NCBI GenBank assembly: GCA_036146255.1
Contig: JAYYJK010000062.1
Coordinates: forward strand, 1-31,373
Source of the DNA: Nanobdellota archaeon
GTDB lineage: Archaea; Nanobdellota; Nanobdellia; Woesearchaeales; UBA583
DNA: 31,373 bases
Reading direction: 5' to 3'
Shown here: positions 26,079-31,373 of the stretch, one piece after another
Layout: each line of letters starts with the position of its first letter
Position numbering within the stretch: the first letter of the stretch is position 1
Position numbers and translations under genes: made by a program
Notes under the pieces: generated by a model
Seen by the model: the letters and a program-made list of their open reading frames with translations, nothing else
The model's database searches: none
What the model was told of the DNA's origin: nothing

Positions 26079-26389
26079 GATATAACATAGTTAATCACAA
26101 TTGGTGCAACCCATATAACAAATAAACCAATGATAACGTAACCTCCCGTAGTTTTAGCATCATCTCTTTTCTTTTGTTCTGAACCTGATGTCATAAATTG
26201 AACTCCAACAAATACTAAAGCAAGAACTGCAATGACTGTTGCTGCATATTTAATGAAGTTATATATCTTCATAATTGGAGTAAGCATAGTGTCAAATGTT
26301 TCCTTATCTTCATCACTTAGTTCTTGATTAAAATCAAGACTAAACACGCTTGGAAGTAAAAGGAAAAGTAAAAATATGATAGATTTCAT
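26075..26389 (-). CDS. TrbC/VirB2-like pilin
   Basis: Signal peptide + two hydrophobic helices separated by GVQFMTSG....RDDAK; 104 aa; first gene of the virB-like operon. Confidence 0.75.
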   Translation of the reverse strand: MKSIIFLLFLLLPSVFSLDFNQELSDEDKETFDTMLTPIMKIYNFIKYAATVIAVLALVFVGVQFMTSGSEQKKRDDAKTTGGYVIIGLFVIWVAPIVINYVIS

Positions 26390-26523
26390 GTATTTTTGAT
26401 ATGAATTGAGAGAATATAAAAAATGAGTTGAAAAAATGGAGAAAATCTACTGAAGAGTTGAAAATGTTGTTTTAATTTATAAAAAAATGAACATTTAAAA
26501 TTTGATTTGTATAAAGAAGATAA

Positions 26524-29397
26524 TTACTTTAAGTAAATTTCTTGGATTAGGTTTAATATTTTCTTTTTTACATATTGTGTTTCAAATTTAATTTCAATTT
26601 CTGAATTAAAAAGTTTTTCTGCATGTTTAATTTTTCTTTTTTCTTCTTCTCTTAAACTATCATCATCAGTATTTTTGGTTTCAACAACTAAATTTAATTT
26701 TTTATTTCCATTTTTAAAATTTAGAACATACGCAAAATCAGGAGAATAGGTTTTTCCTCCAGCTACTGGAATTTTAATTGAATTCTTTGGGATTTTAGTA
26801 AAAACAACAACTTCAGTTAAATTTTGTTGAATATTCTCTTTTTCTAATTCAGAATCATAAAATAATTCATCAAAAATATAATTTTCTGCTACTTTCTCTT
26901 CAGAATATGAAATACCTACATTTGAGGAATCAATTTCAGTTAAAACATCTCCTTTTCCGTCAGTAATCTTTGTTGGGTGAATTGAATTTGTAACTTTTTG
27001 ATATTCAATACTAAATTTTTCTATTGCATTATATAGTAAATAGTTGTCAAATTTTTGCTTAAAAATTCTGATTGTATTTTGATTCAAATACTTATTAATT
27101 TCAGTTTTAGTATCAATAAAACTTTGGTGTATTGTTTTCAGATTAATATTTAATATATTTGATAGTTGAATTAAAAAATCATCATATTTCATTGTTGAAA
27201 TTGGAGTTATCTCATTTTCAGAAATATTATATTCTTCGTGACTTTGGGCAGAGTTGTTTTCAATTTCAAGTTTAACTATTTTCTCTTGTACTCCTTCAAT
27301 AGAAAAAAATGTGTTATTATTTAGAAAATCTATGAATAATTCTTTAAATTTAGATTCATTTTCAATTTTATATTCTAAAATTACTTTTTCATTTAATTTC
27401 TCCCACAATTCTTTTAATTCAGAATATTTTTCAGCTCTAATTTTAACTTTTTTTTTCAAATTTGAGGATTTTCTAATTTTATTTGAATCAATTCCTTCAA
27501 AAATCAAAGGAAAATTAGATTTAATATAGTCAAATCCATTTTCTTTAAAATCATTATTTCTTTTAATAATATCTTTTTCATCTAATTGATCTAAAAGTGC
27601 ATCTTCTGTTAAATTATATTTTTCAATAATTTGTTTTATCATATTATTATCTAATTTAATTGGAATATTCTCTCTTGAAATTGCACCTGACTTCTCATTA
27701 ATTTCATTAACTAACCTTTCTACAAAGTCATTTTCTGTAAAGTCAACAAAATAGTTTAAATAAAATTGCTCTTCTTTGACTCTGTTGAAAAATTCATTTA
27801 CAGGAAGTCTTAAACCTCTACCAACTTCTTGTAATTTGGAAGTTTCAGAACCACTACTTCTTAATTTACAGATTTGAAAAATATTTGGATTGTCCCAACC
27901 TTCTCTAAGTGTCCATTTTGAAAAAATAAATCTTCTGGGATTATTTAAATTTAATATTGATTTTTTATCATGTAAAATTTCAGTAACTTCTTTTTCAATA
28001 GATTCTTCACTATTTTTATTATCTTCTGAAAAATAACCTCCATGTGTTTTAGGAATATCTTCTAATGTTTTTTTTAAATAATTTTTATAAAATTCATTAT
28101 TTTCAGTTTTTAACAAATTTTCAACTTCTGATTTGATATATTTTTCAACAATTAATCTAATTGAACCATTCTCATTTCTATATTCTTCAATGTTATCAAT
28201 AAAAAAAAGAGATAGTGGTTTAATTTTAACTTCCCTAGTAAGGTATTTTTTTTCTTGTTGAAAATGATTTTTAATAGTTTTTTTAATCATAGTTTCTTGA
28301 AGTGTTTGGGAATAAGAATAAGGATTTATTTTATCTCCTTTTTTTAATTCTAATCCATTTGATAAAATAATTGTATTTTTATTTAAATTTTCAATATATA
28401 AATCACTCATTGCCGGATGAACTTTTTCTAAACTATCTTTTTTTATTAATTTAAATGTTTTCTTTTTAATATCCTCATTGAGTTCTAAGGTTGCTTCTTT
28501 ACCATCAGAATTATTAAATTTAACTAAAATATTTTCTCCATTCTCAAATTCAGTAATATGTGCTGTAACTCCTTTAACAAGATTCCTATTAAATGAATCT
28601 ACAGCTGTTAATGTATATACTAAATTTTCATAAGCATTATCTTTAAATGTTGCTCCATATCTTAAAATAAACTGAGGTTTGATATGTTCTGTAATATTTT
28701 TCCAAGATTTTCCTGTGTCCCCAAATTTATGTGGTTCATCAATAATCATAAATGGCTTTGTTGAAGAAATTGCTTCAAATGGTATTGAATATTTATCTAA
28801 TAAAGATTTATCATAACTCTCCAACATTTTTTTAGAATTAATCATCCCACTATTAATAATTAAAACCTGAATTTTATTCTTTTCAAATTTACCTGAATTT
28901 ACAAAACTAGTCACAGCAGTTGGCATATATGATTTTTGGTTTTTTCTAACTTTTTGACTTTCAATAATATGTAAATTAATTGTTTTCCCATATTGTTCTT
29001 TAAAATGTTCTTTAGTACTATCAGAAGTTAAAAAATCTATAGTTCCTGCTTTAATTGGAAGAGTTGGGACAACAATAATAAATTTATTAATTCCATGAAT
29101 TTTATTTAATTCAAATATTGTTTTTGTATAAGTATAAGTTTTTCCGGTTCCAGTTTCCATCATAATATCAATAATATTACTTTTTCCTTTTACATTTCTT
29201 TCAATATTATTTTGTTCTTGAATATTCCCAATATTATTTACATATGTGAAATTTGATTCTGTGTCAAAAATTGGATTTGTGAAATCTTTATATAAATTTT
29301 GCGAATTCTTGATATCAAGAGAATTAAAAACACCTATTGTTGATTTAACAGCTTGTGTTTGATGATCTAAATTTTTTTCGAAGTTAAAATTTGACAT
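26524..29397 (-). CDS. res: type III restriction-modification endonuclease/helicase subunit Res
   Basis: METGTGKT, IIDEPH, LREGWDNPN, QEVGRGLR, C-terminal nuclease SPDF...VVETK. Confidence 0.95.
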   Translation of the reverse strand: MSNFNFEKNLDHQTQAVKSTIGVFNSLDIKNSQNLYKDFTNPIFDTESNFTYVNNIGNIQEQNNIERNVKGKSNIIDIMMETGTGKTYTYTKTIFELNKIHGINKFIIVVPTLPIKAGTIDFLTSDSTKEHFKEQYGKTINLHIIESQKVRKNQKSYMPTAVTSFVNSGKFEKNKIQVLIINSGMINSKKMLESYDKSLLDKYSIPFEAISSTKPFMIIDEPHKFGDTGKSWKNITEHIKPQFILRYGATFKDNAYENLVYTLTAVDSFNRNLVKGVTAHITEFENGENILVKFNNSDGKEATLELNEDIKKKTFKLIKKDSLEKVHPAMSDLYIENLNKNTIILSNGLELKKGDKINPYSYSQTLQETMIKKTIKNHFQQEKKYLTREVKIKPLSLFFIDNIEEYRNENGSIRLIVEKYIKSEVENLLKTENNEFYKNYLKKTLEDIPKTHGGYFSEDNKNSEESIEKEVTEILHDKKSILNLNNPRRFIFSKWTLREGWDNPNIFQICKLRSSGSETSKLQEVGRGLRLPVNEFFNRVKEEQFYLNYFVDFTENDFVERLVNEINEKSGAISRENIPIKLDNNMIKQIIEKYNLTEDALLDQLDEKDIIKRNNDFKENGFDYIKSNFPLIFEGIDSNKIRKSSNLKKKVKIRAEKYSELKELWEKLNEKVILEYKIENESKFKELFIDFLNNNTFFSIEGVQEKIVKLEIENNSAQSHEEYNISENEITPISTMKYDDFLIQLSNILNINLKTIHQSFIDTKTEINKYLNQNTIRIFKQKFDNYLLYNAIEKFSIEYQKVTNSIHPTKITDGKGDVLTEIDSSNVGISYSEEKVAENYIFDELFYDSELEKENIQQNLTEVVVFTKIPKNSIKIPVAGGKTYSPDFAYVLNFKNGNKKLNLVVETKNTDDDSLREEEKRKIKHAEKLFNSEIEIKFETQYVKKKILNLIQEIYLK

Positions 29398-29398
29398 T

Positions 29399-31315
29399 TT
29401 AATACCTCTTTACAAAATCAATTTCACTTCCTTTTTTATTGTTATAATTTTTAACATTCTCAGAAATTTCTCTTAACATTTTACTTTCAAAATTATATCC
29501 AAAACATATAATTGATGTTGGATTAAACTCTGAATCTTCATCAATTTTATTTAATAATTCTTTTAAATTTTTAGTTTTAAAATTAATATCCATTAAATAT
29601 AACTTATTTCCAAAATAGTATCCTGTATAGTCATTTAAGTCAACTTCAACTAAGTCTTTTGTTAATGGAATATTATCATAAGTTTTCCATGTAGTTAATA
29701 ATGTTTGAATATCTTCAGAATTTAATTTACTTTCATTAAACAGTTTAGTTTGGGGATTAAATTCATCTAAATCTAAATTATAATTTTTCCAAATTGGAAT
29801 TGTTTCAAAAATTTTAAATCCAAAATCAATATTTGTTAAATCTTTATTATTTTCTTTTATTTTATTTGCAGCTCTAACTAATCTTTCTTTAGTAATATGA
29901 AATATTGTTGGGTTTTCTTCTTTTAATTCATTTTTAACAAAATCATAGGCAACCTTATCTTTTTTCTTATCAATTTCCTGAGGTATTTGAACTAAAATAA
30001 ATTTTCTATTCCCCAAATTATTTGTATTTAATTGCATAATTGCATCTGCTGTCGGCCCAGACCCTGCAAAGAAATCTAAAATAATTTCATTCTCATTTGA
30101 ATTCGTTGCTAAAATTAAAAATCTTTTTATTAAATCAATAGGTTTAGGATATCCAAACACACTTTTTCCTTCAAATAGTTCTGTCAATTTTTTTCTAGCT
30201 CCATCGGTATGCCCAACTTCATCATAACTTAAAATTGTTTTGGTTATAATTCCATCCATATCAGCTAAATAAGTTTTCATCCTTGGTCTTTTTGAAGTAT
30301 CATCCGGCAAATAAATTCTATTCTCTAAAATCAAAGATTTCATTCTTTCCTCAGTAAATTGCCATTGTTTTCCATCAGGTAATTTATATATTTTATTACC
30401 TGATTTAATATCGTAAGTATAACCTTTACCCTGATCAATAGTTAAATCTGATTTAGTATATCTTCCCCTACCATCATTATCATCACAATTATAATGTTTA
30501 TTAGTTTTCTCTGTTCTTTCTAATCTATTAAATTTTTCAATTTTTTCTAAAGCTTTAGCATAACATAATATATATTCATGATCAGTTGTTGTATATTTAT
30601 TTTGATTTTTTGGACTATATATTTTTTGCCAAATAAATTCTGAAATAAAATTCTCTTCACCAAAGATTTCATCCATTAAAAATCTCAATTGAGCAACTTC
30701 ATTATCATCAATAGAAATGAAAATAACTCCATCATCTTTTAATAATTGTTTAGCAATATATAACCTTGGATACATGAAAGTAAGCCATGCACTATGAGAA
30801 TTACTTTTACTTTCTGTAAATTTTAATATTTTTTCAGCTTTATCTTTATCAACTCCTGCTAACTCTGATAATTCTTCAGAAGTGAATTTTCTATCATCTT
30901 CATAAACAAATCCATCTGATCCCGTATTATATGGTGGGTCAATATAAATCATCTTAATTTTCTCTTCATAATTATTAGATAAATGTTTTAAAACTTCTAG
31001 ATTGTCTCCTTTTAAAAGTAGATTCTCCGAATTTTTATTTTCATCTCTAGAATTCCATTCTTTATCTTCTTTTAACAAAGTAGTTGCAGAATCTGTTGCT
31101 AGAAGTCTAGCATAACTTTTTCCTAACCAATCTAACCCATAACTTTCTTTAGAAAAGTCAATTTCACTTTTCAAAAGGATTTTTTTAAACTTTTCAATAT
31201 CAAAATTGCTTTCTTTGTCAAAACAATGCGAAAAATGTTTTTGTAGAATTTCTAATTCCTTATTTGGAACTTTAATGTCATTTGTAATAGTTTCTTTAAC
31301 TATATCCTTGCTCAT
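29399..31315 (-). CDS. mod: type III restriction-modification DNA methyltransferase Mod (beta class, probably m6A)
   Basis: KGDNLEVLK, motif IV IDPPYNTG, HSAWLTFMYPRL, PKP, motif I LDFFAGSG; directly upstream of res. Confidence 0.95.
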   Translation of the reverse strand: MSKDIVKETITNDIKVPNKELEILQKHFSHCFDKESNFDIEKFKKILLKSEIDFSKESYGLDWLGKSYARLLATDSATTLLKEDKEWNSRDENKNSENLLLKGDNLEVLKHLSNNYEEKIKMIYIDPPYNTGSDGFVYEDDRKFTSEELSELAGVDKDKAEKILKFTESKSNSHSAWLTFMYPRLYIAKQLLKDDGVIFISIDDNEVAQLRFLMDEIFGEENFISEFIWQKIYSPKNQNKYTTTDHEYILCYAKALEKIEKFNRLERTEKTNKHYNCDDNDGRGRYTKSDLTIDQGKGYTYDIKSGNKIYKLPDGKQWQFTEERMKSLILENRIYLPDDTSKRPRMKTYLADMDGIITKTILSYDEVGHTDGARKKLTELFEGKSVFGYPKPIDLIKRFLILATNSNENEIILDFFAGSGPTADAIMQLNTNNLGNRKFILVQIPQEIDKKKDKVAYDFVKNELKEENPTIFHITKERLVRAANKIKENNKDLTNIDFGFKIFETIPIWKNYNLDLDEFNPQTKLFNESKLNSEDIQTLLTTWKTYDNIPLTKDLVEVDLNDYTGYYFGNKLYLMDINFKTKNLKELLNKIDEDSEFNPTSIICFGYNFESKMLREISENVKNYNNKKGSEIDFVKRY

Positions 31316-31336
31316 ACAAATTTTGATTATTTAGCA

Positions 31337-31344
31337 TTTATAAA
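31337..31344 (-). promoter_or_regulatory. putative TATA box (TTTATAAA) of mod-res
   Basis: Archaeal TATA consensus about 22 nt upstream of the mod ATG, consistent with a leaderless transcript. Confidence 0.45.
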
Positions 31345-31373
31345 TTCTTCTCAAAATATTAAATAGTAAATAT

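Larger units (their letters stand above)
16988..31373. mobile_element. defence/transfer genomic island (ICE/IME-like); right end not in the window
   Basis: Switch to very AT-rich nuclease, T4SS-like and R-M genes. Spot counts: 8/60 G+C in the line at 17521 and 6/60 at 19141, versus 20/60 in cbf5 at 1141. No integrase seen; left boundary is inferred. Confidence 0.6.

Noticed and set aside
22995-27529. Plus-strand ORFs 22995-23249, 24030-24215 and 27254-27529
   Set aside because: Antisense shadows of virB4 and res
29399-31315. Phase-variable simple sequence repeat in mod
   Set aside because: No tandem repeat tract seen; the ORF is intact
1-31373. Alternative genetic code (TGA recoding) and CRISPR array
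   Set aside because: TGA ends drg, nrdA and yhcG at expected C-termini, and conserved genes are full length in the standard code; no regularly spaced repeat-spacer series was seen

Overview
AT-rich archaeal chromosomal segment. Evidence for Archaea: archaeal-type Cbf5, a DRG-type TGS domain, and TATA-like boxes about 20-25 nt upstream of many start codons. A DPANN (Woesearchaeota-like) host is my inference only. Left part (1-16.9 kb): DRG GTPase 3' end, cbf5, a bacterial-type nrdA-nrdB-NUDIX-ymaB-nrdR cluster whose upstream region carries 4-5 NrdR boxes around a TATA box, an M29-like aminopeptidase, a metallophosphoesterase, cryptochrome DASH, MscS, a surface protein, a dienelactone hydrolase, a GNAT and several orphans. 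Right part (about 17.0 kb to the window end): a more AT-rich defence/transfer island with a stand-alone OLD nuclease, small PD-(D/E)XK-like nucleases, yhcG, a compact VirB2-like/VirB6-like/VirB4 operon, and an EcoP1/EcoP15-like type III R-M system. Top signals: (1) a PrgI-VirB4 protein with a fused C-terminal nuclease-like domain in a three-gene transfer module, with no relaxase or coupling-protein gene in the window; (2) an unannotated 75-bp in-frame second copy of the yhcG 3' end that brackets a 2.2-kb cargo block; (3) the NrdR operator array at an archaeal promoter. All family calls come from motif recognition, not database searches.
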